From a virus (Duplodnaviria; Caudoviricetes), in IMG/VR virus record IMGVR_UViG_3300028914_001625, positions 1 through 64,000 of that record: a stretch of 64,000 bases of DNA; one strand, 5' to 3'. A model generated the notes under the pieces. The model ran no database searches, was not told where the DNA came from, and worked only from the letters and a program-made list of their open reading frames with translations. Positions 35,089-43,396 of the stretch are shown here, in pieces. Each line of letters opens with the position of its first letter. The stretch's first letter is position 1. A program made the translations under genes and the position numbers.

Positions 35089-35464
35089 AGAAGTTCCTCA
35101 TTGGAATGTAAGCAACGGTTGAAGGGTCACAGAAATACTTGCCGCAAGCGGAAGTTGAGCGGACAGTCGCATATCTTTCACCATCAGATGTGGTGAGAAA
35201 GACGATATAGTCTCTGTCCATTTCAAGGTCTTGACAAATTTCTCGCGCTTTGATGTCAATAATTTCGCATTTGTGCAAGTCAAGATAGGCATACTCTTCA
35301 TATTCACCGACCTGCAGGCCATGGTTCTTCCAAGTCTTGTAGTCCATAGCCCAGTCGCGGTAGCCTTTCTTACCCTTGTAGAAGAGGATAAAGTCCTCGT
35401 GCGACGGACGCTCTTTTTGATAAGCGTTTTTGTAAGTGTCATCAAAGTGCTTAGTCATTATCAA
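35081..35464 (-). CDS. Hypothetical protein
   Basis: ORF. Confidence 0.6.
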   Translation of the reverse strand: MIMTKHFDDTYKNAYQKERPSHEDFILFYKGKKGYRDWAMDYKTWKNHGLQVGEYEEYAYLDLHKCEIIDIKAREICQDLEMDRDYIVFLTTSDGERYATVRSTSACGKYFCDPSTVAYIPMRNFYG

Positions 35465-35652
35465 TCCTCAGAAAGAAGACTTTCTGTCTCGTCTAAGCAG
35501 TCAGAGCAAATGTTGTCAAAACTGCGATAGTTTCTTTCTTCATAATCTTGTTGAACTCTTTCATCATACCCGTTGTCAGCGATTTCGTCAACATAATAAC
35601 ATTTCGATGATCGGCAGCCACAAGCGGCGCAAGTTCCAAAGTGCATATTCAA
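35461..35652 (-). CDS. Small Zn-finger-like protein
   Basis: CAACGC...C...CSDC. Confidence 0.55.
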   Translation of the reverse strand: MNMHFGTCAACGCRSSKCYYVDEIADNGYDERVQQDYEERNYRSFDNICSDCLDETESLLSED

Positions 35653-35655
35653 CTC

Positions 35656-35886
35656 CTACTTGATAGTGATTTCGTCAAGGAAGATACAAACGGGTTCATT
35701 GCGGTCCGGGGCGAAAGGCGACAAATTCTTGTCAAAATCCGCCAGAGCGACATCAACACAAGGAATGCCATGTTCCTCAGCGATTTTCTTGATGAACGGA
35801 GTTTTCGCTTCCCCGTGGTCAAGGTTGATGGGGCCAAGGTTTGAAAAATCACCCAATTCCGGCTTTTGAAAATCCTTGTTTTTCAT
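35656..35886 (-). CDS. 76-aa protein resembling a truncated AAA+ ATPase N-terminus
   Basis: LDHGEAKT (degenerate Walker A), IKKIAEEHGIPCVDVALA, VCIFLDEI (Walker B-like), then stop. Confidence 0.5.
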   Translation of the reverse strand: MKNKDFQKPELGDFSNLGPINLDHGEAKTPFIKKIAEEHGIPCVDVALADFDKNLSPFAPDRNEPVCIFLDEITIK

Positions 35887-35925
35887 TTTTGTTATTCCTT
35901 GTTGTTTTGTTTTGTTTACGTAGTA

Positions 35926-35954
35926 AAAATAACAACTTTCAAGGAATCCGTCAA
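35926..35954 (-). promoter_or_regulatory. Promoter TTGACG-N17-TATTTT with AAAGTTGT, heading the early region
   Basis: Minus strand: TTGACGgattccttgAAAGTTGT-TATTTT. Confidence 0.75.
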
Positions 35955-36027
35955 TAGAAAAATCACAAAAATATGAAAAAGTGTAATAAATCACGAGATT
36001 CTTACAGACGGTCAATTATACAGAATA

Positions 36028-36049
36028 GCGAGATTCGTGGGAATCTCGC
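36028..36049. terminator. Hairpin, probable terminator of the virion operon
   Basis: 9-bp gcgagattc/gaatctcgc stem with a 4-nt loop. Confidence 0.55.
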
Positions 36050-36102
36050 GTGTTTTTGTGAAATTTGTGTAATAAAATTGCCGTTTTTGACCCGGAAAAC
36101 GT

Positions 36103-36906
36103 CTATTTCCAACCCTCAAATGGGTCAAATGACACTTTATCAGATTTTTTCCTGTAAAGCGGGTCCATTAAGGCAGCGTTTTCTGACTTCTCAATATCTC
36201 TGAATTTGTCGTTAAGTTTCAATGGGTCATTTGTGTTATGTTCTTTATGGAAACCATTAGTAGCGACATCATAAATTGGGTCCGTAGGGTCGGAAAGTGT
36301 CGGGTCAAGTTCTATGCCTTTATACCCGTCAGTCGGAATAGAAAATTTGCAGTCCTTATAGACTCGCATTGTCAAGTCATAAGTCTGTGACTGAAGTCCA
36401 AAGGCAGTGTTATAGTACTTGACATCTGCAATTTCGTAGAATGTCTTGTTTGGTTCAAGATACACAACATCGCCAATTCTTGGTTCAAAGGCGTCATGCT
36501 GCTCAGGATCATTTCTTGTTTTGCCACCATAAGTTGACCAATACTGGAAAGCAGCTCTGCCTACGAAAATCTCTAGAATGTCTGCGCCCCAGATACCCTG
36601 AAGTTGGTAGTTCAGAACATTGGGCGGAATCTTGTCAGTATAGCCTTTGAAATAGAAAGCTCTTTCAACATACTGCAAAGTATCTTCGCCATAAAGTTTA
36701 TCGCCTGACCATTCTCCGTCATTTTCAAACTGGTGACTGATCTTGTAGTATGTGAACTTAAGTCCAAACTTGCCATAAGCCTCTGTTGTGTAAGCTTGGG
36801 CTTCATACGCTTCGTCTTCTGAAACGATGTTCTTCACATTTGGCGAAGTACATTCATAATCGTCTCTAATTGTGTTGCAGAGCCAAGGATACTTTTCATT
36901 TGCCAT
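36103..36906 (-). CDS. T4 gp14-like neck protein
   Basis: TYYK...DKLYGED...AFYFKGY, EPRIGDVVYL, FYEIADV...AFG...YDL follow the gp14 layout. Confidence 0.7.
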   Translation of the reverse strand: MANEKYPWLCNTIRDDYECTSPNVKNIVSEDEAYEAQAYTTEAYGKFGLKFTYYKISHQFENDGEWSGDKLYGEDTLQYVERAFYFKGYTDKIPPNVLNYQLQGIWGADILEIFVGRAAFQYWSTYGGKTRNDPEQHDAFEPRIGDVVYLEPNKTFYEIADVKYYNTAFGLQSQTYDLTMRVYKDCKFSIPTDGYKGIELDPTLSDPTDPIYDVATNGFHKEHNTNDPLKLNDKFRDIEKSENAALMDPLYRKKSDKVSFDPFEGWK

Positions 36907-36908
36907 AC

Positions 36909-37721
36909 TTACTCCGCCTCAATAAATCCGTTGACATTCCATTTAATGTTAATTTGGTCAAAACTCGATCTTACCGGCTTAGGGAACTGATAATATGCGA
37001 TAGGAATCATATCAGGTATCTGCATATTCTGTCCTTTCCAAGACAACAAGTAACCAACTGCGCCGACAGCAAGAATGTTTTCGTTTCTTCCTTTATATCC
37101 CGTGTAATTTGCAGAGATACTGTTGTAGTAACGATTACGGTTTGCTTTCTTTTCATCATCATCTTTGAAATTGACATCATCGCAAGTCTGTGTAATGCGA
37201 GACTCGATGATATCGTCTTCTGGAATGTTCAAACGATAATAAGAACCTTGCTCATATTCGTTATTCAAGTCATATTCTTGAACGATGGAGTCAAAGTGAC
37301 GGCCAGATGTTGAAGGCCCACGATAATCATAAGATTTTGTTACTGGACATGCTGAAACATATCGTTCAAGACCCTTCGTAAACAGGTAAGCAGATGCCGG
37401 TGTGTGACACATGTTCTGATATGTGTATTCAGGAAGTGCTTCCGTATCTTTATCAACTGAAGTAGTCTTGACTGATCTTAAATAAGTATCTGCTAACTGA
37501 ACAGTTGCCTGTGGCAATTCCATAAAGTCACGATAACGAAGGTTTGGGTCAAGAGCATTAACATCAAACCAGCCCTTTATGCCGGTGATAGTCGGAATGT
37601 CATGAATGACCCAAGACAAAACGATGTTATTGTTGTTAAAGCCAGATATCTGGCCTGTGCCTAAAGCATAGCGATAGGCATTGAAGACCATCTTTCTGTT
37701 AGCAGCAGAAAAATCTGCCAT
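36909..37721 (-). CDS. Putative virion protein
   Basis: In the structural operon; N-terminus VFNAYRYALGTGQI resembles IFNSFKQRFLNGEV of the next gene. Confidence 0.55.
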   Translation of the reverse strand: MADFSAANRKMVFNAYRYALGTGQISGFNNNNIVLSWVIHDIPTITGIKGWFDVNALDPNLRYRDFMELPQATVQLADTYLRSVKTTSVDKDTEALPEYTYQNMCHTPASAYLFTKGLERYVSACPVTKSYDYRGPSTSGRHFDSIVQEYDLNNEYEQGSYYRLNIPEDDIIESRITQTCDDVNFKDDDEKKANRNRYYNSISANYTGYKGRNENILAVGAVGYLLSWKGQNMQIPDMIPIAYYQFPKPVRSSFDQINIKWNVNGFIEAE

Positions 37722-40700
37722 TAGTTAACCTCCATCAACAGACCACCGTTTGTGTTTCCATAATTTATAGCAGGCGTCTCGATGTTATAAGATACATTGT
37801 CGAGCTGGGCGCCATTTGTATTATCTATAAACATTACATTTCGGTCTTGCGAGTCAGTAACAAGAATACCACCAAACTGGTGAGCATCATCTGCAGGAAC
37901 AATCTCGTTATTTCTAAACATCGCAGCAGAAACTGCAGAAGTAGTGAACGAAGTGTTATGCAAAAGTGTCTCACGAATATGTCTTGGTGAAACAGAGTTA
38001 CCGATATGCAAGTAGTTATTGTTATACTTGAAGCCGTCAGCAGAGTTAGTCAAGTCATCACGGAATGCGTAACCGTAAACTGCCTTGCGTGTATCAGAAA
38101 TTCTTCTATTATCGTCTTGCTTAACAGCAGAAGTGAACTGAACTTGATGACGGAATGTGAAGTCAGTCAAGAATGCGCTTGCGGCTGAGTAAGTATAGCT
38201 GAAGTAAAGGTCTTCAGGGTTTGTCTTGCCTTCAAATACCACCTTATCTGCCAACTTGTCAATGTCAAGTGTAGTTGAATAAGATTCTTGAATAGGTACT
38301 GCCTGTCCTGCAGCGCCAGCATCACGGCGTGTCCAGTCTACGGTGTCTCTGTAATAGATTCTTGAAGGAGAAGACTGGTTAAGCAACTCTTGATTTGCGA
38401 AAGTTTGAGCAAGATTTGATGAATACTGCGCTGTCTTCAACTTATTAAGGTTATCTTTCTGCATTTGAGTTGTTCTAGCAAAGTTAGGAATGAATGACAA
38501 GTATGAACCGAAGATAGAATCAACCGACTGGAAGTTCTTCTTGGTCTTATAGATGTCAATGTTGTTAGAGAAGTCACCAATTACTTGGCTATTCATCGAA
38601 ACGCCGTTGAAGTCAAAGATATCACCAAGAACTTCAGTCTTGATATAAATCTGAATATCTTCCTTTGAAATCTTTTGGTTGTTTTTAGCAGTTAATAATG
38701 TCTGACCATAATCTGGAATAGTATCATTATCCCATCCATAGAATGCTGCGAACGAGTTACCGATAGGAGCATAATGAGGGTCATAATCAGACAAGGCCAA
38801 ATCTCTATACATTGGCATAGGAACATCAATAGCCCATGTTGTATAAGTGTCTGGTCCTGTCCAGTCACCGCCTTTATCTCTACCAGGGCCTTCAGTAGCA
38901 AGCACAGAAGGAATTTCGTTGAACTGTGTAGAGATGTAGCCAAACATATTCAAGTCACTTTCATCAGTCTTGTTTGGTCTGTATTCTTTCAACTTACCAA
39001 CTGAGTTGACAGACTGCATTGAAAGAAGTTTCTGGCTTGTATTCAATGATCTGTTGCCAAGCTGTGAAGTCTGAACGTCAAGCAAACCAGCGAATGAACC
39101 GAAGGCGTTATGCACATCCTTGTTAATGATGTAAGCATCGTTTACATGTTCGTTACAAGATGGGTCATGAATATCATTCAACTGATAGCTAGTGTTGATG
39201 TCGCGGAATGTAACGATGTTATACTTTTGATTAGTCTTAAGTTCAATCTTGTTTTCGTTTTGGTTCGTCGGAATAAGACGGCCAAAGACACCACCCGCAT
39301 TGAAGATCGGGCGAAGACGGAAAGTAACCACATCGTCAAGCGGCATAGTAGTAGCATTTTCACAATCTGCATACCATTCTGAACAGAAGTCAATGATTGG
39401 TTTTGCTTCCTGATAGAATGCATAGTCGTTTACGTAGTTCGGGTTCTCTGTGAAGTAAGGATAAAGGTCTGGGTGCTGTAAGCTATAGTTCGTTTCCTTA
39501 ATACTAGAGCCTTCATCTTGTGTGATACGGTAAACTCTGATGCCTCTCTTGTTCAAAGTAGTCAAGTATTCAGTGAAGCGGTCAATCTCAGCCTGTGTAG
39601 CGTTCTCCCAATCCTCGTATGTTGTCAAAAGACGAGATTCATCAACAAGATCCTCAGAATCTTCTGGGTAGTAACGATACTTCTTAGAGTCTTCAGCTGG
39701 GTTAGCACCAATTTCTTGAAGTGCTGAAGATTTTGCTCCAGGAATGATAGGCGTCATCTTATAGCGAACATGGAAGTTGTCGTTCGCTATCTTTGACTTA
39801 TACTTTGAAATCTGTTCGTTAGCAAGCTCTTGGTTGTAGAAGTCTACAACAGGTTCTTGTGCATATTCCATATACCAAGTTGGTTCATCAATGATGTCAG
39901 TAGAGACATGTTCAACGAGACCTCTTTCTTGCTTACCAGCAACACCGCCCAAGAATCCAACGAAGTTACCGCGGTTTCTTCTTGTTGTCTTAACGATGAC
40001 GTTTGAAATATGTCCATAATTAGCACCAACTACTGGCGAGATGTTATAAGCAGCTCTTGCCATGTGAGCCATGCGAAGTGGCTTATTATAAACAGCATGT
40101 GGAAGGTCAAGATACTTAATGTTCTTGTCCTTAATATCACCTTCATCATAATCAGTAAAGAATCCGTTCATTGTTTCGTTGTTCTTGAACATCATCTTCT
40201 CAATATTCCAGTTATAATGAATGACGTTTGTGCTCATTCCAAGTGTTGGCGAGAAGCCCCATGAATTCAAGTAAGGCGTTCCGTAGCCATAAGCAAAGTT
40301 TGAAGTTCTAACTACCTGTGTAGTGAAGTCGCCATTGAAGTCAAGGCCGTAATAACGAGGATCCTTGATGTACATTTCAGCGACATGATGCATTGAGTAA
40401 GTAGCTGCTTCAAGTTCGCTACCAAATACATTTGTCCATGAACCTCTGTTATTAGCCCAGTTACTGAGAATTTTACCAAAGGTTGAACCAGCATCTCTTA
40501 CGGTATCATATACGCTACCTGCAACGACTCCAGCTGGGCAAGGAAGGTCTTCATGACCTTGTCTTGGCACAGCGTGTGTAACTGGAGCATAGTGCAAGTT
40601 CTTTGTGTCAATCAAATAGAAGTCAATAGAGCCTTCAATATCATTGACGTGACCGTCGTTAATAGTAACGTCACACCATTTATTGGTATGTCTTACCTTT

Positions 40701-43396
40701 GGCCAATACGTTACGAGCTGCGACTCAGGATGTTCTGGTGTAGCAGGCAATTCATATGTTCTAGCTGCATAGAATGACTTCAATGTAGACTTATCGTCTT
40801 CATCATTGATTAACCAGCCTGACCAGTCTTTATCATCCTGCCAGAAGCTTGGGTCAGTATCTATCAAACCTTCCGTCATCGCTGTCATGTTCTGAAGGAA
40901 GCAACGAATCAACATCTTTTCACTGATTACATAACCTGTAGTATCGTCATCAGTCTTAAATGCGCCACCAAGTGCGTGATTAGGTATTGAAAGAATTGCT
41001 GCAAGTGGGCAGCAGTTTTCAGTCCACCAAGGGCCATACTTCTTCTCTATATCATTTTCACTAAGACCTGGTTTTTGTCTTACCAAGTCATTGTCTCGTG
41101 CGGAGATAAGAATGTATCTGTCTTTCTCTTCAGAATAATACTTATAGACCGGGCTTACTGCCTGCCAGCCTGGGTAGTTCTGTGACGGATTGCCGGCATA
41201 CCAAACCTTAAGCCACTCTTCGTTCCAGTAATACTTAAATGTTTTTTCTTCACCGGCAGCATTCTTAGCAGTTAACTGCATTGAGCCGAGCGGGTTAGTA
41301 GCAAGGTTGATAATCATTCTATCCCAGCAGTGGGTAGAAGAATCACGGTACTTCGGTTCCCATGCAAGGTTTGTGAAGTTCTTTGACACGATCTTTGCAG
41401 GAGTACCTTCCTGTGTGAAAATCTTAATATCGTCTTCGCCAACAATGTAGTCAGTTTCAAGTCCGATACCCACATCAGAAATCTTAGACTGCCAACCTAA
41501 ACTTCTAATCCATGTGTTGTCATATCTGAAGACAACGCGCTGGTCATAAGATTCGTTGTTCCAAGAGAAACCGATAGCCATGTTAATGATATGCGACTCA
41601 AGAGTCGCATCTTCACCAGCCTCAGTATCTACACCAAGTCCAAGTTTTTTAAACAAGTCAACCGGCTGTTCAGTGTCTGGGTCAAGGAAGTAACCGAACT
41701 CTCTGTTCTTAGCGAGTTCTTTTTGAATGTCTTCCATCACGGCAGGATCGACATCAGGGTCTTCATGTTGAAGATCATCAAATGCCAAAGTAACTGGGTC
41801 ACCATCTTCATCTTTGTCTTGTATGATGATTATCGGTTGATGAGTTTGTTCGTCATATTTGATACTGCCGTCAGGGTTGCGGTCAAATGTAACGCCTTCA
41901 AGCGTGATATCATTTGCATCAAATGATGCTGCGCCGTCAATCATCAACCACGGAAGCACTGAAAGATTCATTCTACCAGCACGGAACTTATAGCGACGTT
42001 CGCCCATACCTGCTTTCTTATCAAAAGCAGTACCGTGAATTTCAAGGAAGTATCTTGTCTTAGCTCCAGTATCTTCATTAACTGCATCTTGACCGATGAT
42101 AAGAATCATGTTTCGTCCATAAGGGTCATCAAACACAGTCAAACGAGATTTATCGTTTTCGTAAATTCTCTTAAAGGTATCATCAGCTAACATTGAGTCA
42201 ATGTAGCCTTTACCGCGTGAGCCGAAGTACTTGATGAAGTAAGCAATGTCTGCTACATTCTCAGTAAGGTCAAGTGACTCAGGAGTCAAACCTGTGTAGT
42301 AAGTAGCACGCTGTCTTGGAGCTGCTTCAACACAAGCAAATTGTCCGTTAGTGTTATAACCACCACCATACTGAGCATAAAGACCTTCAGCGAAATAACC
42401 TACATAAGGGCAAATGTTACCCGGAGAGTTAATACACCAAGAGTTCAAGAAGTAGAAGTTTTCACCATCGTCATACTTCTTACGGATAGTCGAGAAATCT
42501 GTGTATTCATCTGACTTATTAGAGACAGAATAAACCTGAGGCACGAAACCTGAGAACGTAAAGTTGTTAAGTTGAGAACCATCAATGTTTTCAACTCGTC
42601 CATAGTTTCTACCAACAAGAATACCAGCATTAACATCTCGTCCATCTGACTTGATGTGGTTCAAGTTGATGAGCTTGTTACAAACAAGTGTCGTTGCGTC
42701 GTTCTCTGCTTCACGAAGTTTGAAGTTTCTTACGATACCGTCTTGTCCAAGAACACCTACAAGACCGTTGTCATCATTATCACAAATGATAGTGCCAGCG
42801 ACTGTATGTCCGTTACCGTCAAAGATACCTTGGAACGGATACTTTTCATCTTTACCAATCTGTCCACGGATAACGCCGTTGATGTCGTCACCGATAACAC
42901 CGATTACTCGGTTGTTTGCTTCATTGACGTGGTCAGCAAACCAACGAAGTTCTTCCTTCGTTCTGATGTAATAGAAACCACCTTGCTCAAGATAGTCGCT
43001 GATAGCCTTATTAGCAGAAATATCTGAGTAGTAAGTAGTCTTACAGAAGCGTTCCCAGTTTGACTCTTTACTGTAAACGCCTTTCTCGCCCATAGCACCG
43101 GAGGTAATGAACATCGGCTTCTTGGTGCCGCTTGTATCAGCAGGACGATACCAAGTGATGTCATTACGAATGCCAGAAAAACGCATATCGTAATATGCTT
43201 CTTGCTTATTCATCTTGAAGTCATCAAGTGAACGATACTGCGCTAGCTTATAATTCGATGATGGGCTGTCACCGAACTCGTCTTTAAAACGGTTATTCAC
43301 AGGAATGAAGTTCCAAGTGTCATTACCTGGAACTTCGCCATTAAGGAAACGCTGCTTAAATGAATTGAAAATAACAGACGCCATTATGATTCCCAC
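37721..43396 (-). CDS. Very large putative virion protein (1891 aa) with GLUG-like segments
   Basis: FQGIFDGNGHTV, GLVGVLGQDGIVRN, AGILVGRNYGRVEN, later VVGANYGHISNV, GFLGGVAG and AGGVFG. Confidence 0.6.
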   Translation of the reverse strand: MGIIMASVIFNSFKQRFLNGEVPGNDTWNFIPVNNRFKDEFGDSPSSNYKLAQYRSLDDFKMNKQEAYYDMRFSGIRNDITWYRPADTSGTKKPMFITSGAMGEKGVYSKESNWERFCKTTYYSDISANKAISDYLEQGGFYYIRTKEELRWFADHVNEANNRVIGVIGDDINGVIRGQIGKDEKYPFQGIFDGNGHTVAGTIICDNDDNGLVGVLGQDGIVRNFKLREAENDATTLVCNKLINLNHIKSDGRDVNAGILVGRNYGRVENIDGSQLNNFTFSGFVPQVYSVSNKSDEYTDFSTIRKKYDDGENFYFLNSWCINSPGNICPYVGYFAEGLYAQYGGGYNTNGQFACVEAAPRQRATYYTGLTPESLDLTENVADIAYFIKYFGSRGKGYIDSMLADDTFKRIYENDKSRLTVFDDPYGRNMILIIGQDAVNEDTGAKTRYFLEIHGTAFDKKAGMGERRYKFRAGRMNLSVLPWLMIDGAASFDANDITLEGVTFDRNPDGSIKYDEQTHQPIIIIQDKDEDGDPVTLAFDDLQHEDPDVDPAVMEDIQKELAKNREFGYFLDPDTEQPVDLFKKLGLGVDTEAGEDATLESHIINMAIGFSWNNESYDQRVVFRYDNTWIRSLGWQSKISDVGIGLETDYIVGEDDIKIFTQEGTPAKIVSKNFTNLAWEPKYRDSSTHCWDRMIINLATNPLGSMQLTAKNAAGEEKTFKYYWNEEWLKVWYAGNPSQNYPGWQAVSPVYKYYSEEKDRYILISARDNDLVRQKPGLSENDIEKKYGPWWTENCCPLAAILSIPNHALGGAFKTDDDTTGYVISEKMLIRCFLQNMTAMTEGLIDTDPSFWQDDKDWSGWLINDEDDKSTLKSFYAARTYELPATPEHPESQLVTYWPKVRHTNKWCDVTINDGHVNDIEGSIDFYLIDTKNLHYAPVTHAVPRQGHEDLPCPAGVVAGSVYDTVRDAGSTFGKILSNWANNRGSWTNVFGSELEAATYSMHHVAEMYIKDPRYYGLDFNGDFTTQVVRTSNFAYGYGTPYLNSWGFSPTLGMSTNVIHYNWNIEKMMFKNNETMNGFFTDYDEGDIKDKNIKYLDLPHAVYNKPLRMAHMARAAYNISPVVGANYGHISNVIVKTTRRNRGNFVGFLGGVAGKQERGLVEHVSTDIIDEPTWYMEYAQEPVVDFYNQELANEQISKYKSKIANDNFHVRYKMTPIIPGAKSSALQEIGANPAEDSKKYRYYPEDSEDLVDESRLLTTYEDWENATQAEIDRFTEYLTTLNKRGIRVYRITQDEGSSIKETNYSLQHPDLYPYFTENPNYVNDYAFYQEAKPIIDFCSEWYADCENATTMPLDDVVTFRLRPIFNAGGVFGRLIPTNQNENKIELKTNQKYNIVTFRDINTSYQLNDIHDPSCNEHVNDAYIINKDVHNAFGSFAGLLDVQTSQLGNRSLNTSQKLLSMQSVNSVGKLKEYRPNKTDESDLNMFGYISTQFNEIPSVLATEGPGRDKGGDWTGPDTYTTWAIDVPMPMYRDLALSDYDPHYAPIGNSFAAFYGWDNDTIPDYGQTLLTAKNNQKISKEDIQIYIKTEVLGDIFDFNGVSMNSQVIGDFSNNIDIYKTKKNFQSVDSIFGSYLSFIPNFARTTQMQKDNLNKLKTAQYSSNLAQTFANQELLNQSSPSRIYYRDTVDWTRRDAGAAGQAVPIQESYSTTLDIDKLADKVVFEGKTNPEDLYFSYTYSAASAFLTDFTFRHQVQFTSAVKQDDNRRISDTRKAVYGYAFRDDLTNSADGFKYNNNYLHIGNSVSPRHIRETLLHNTSFTTSAVSAAMFRNNEIVPADDAHQFGGILVTDSQDRNVMFIDNTNGAQLDNVSYNIETPAINYGNTNGGLLMEVN

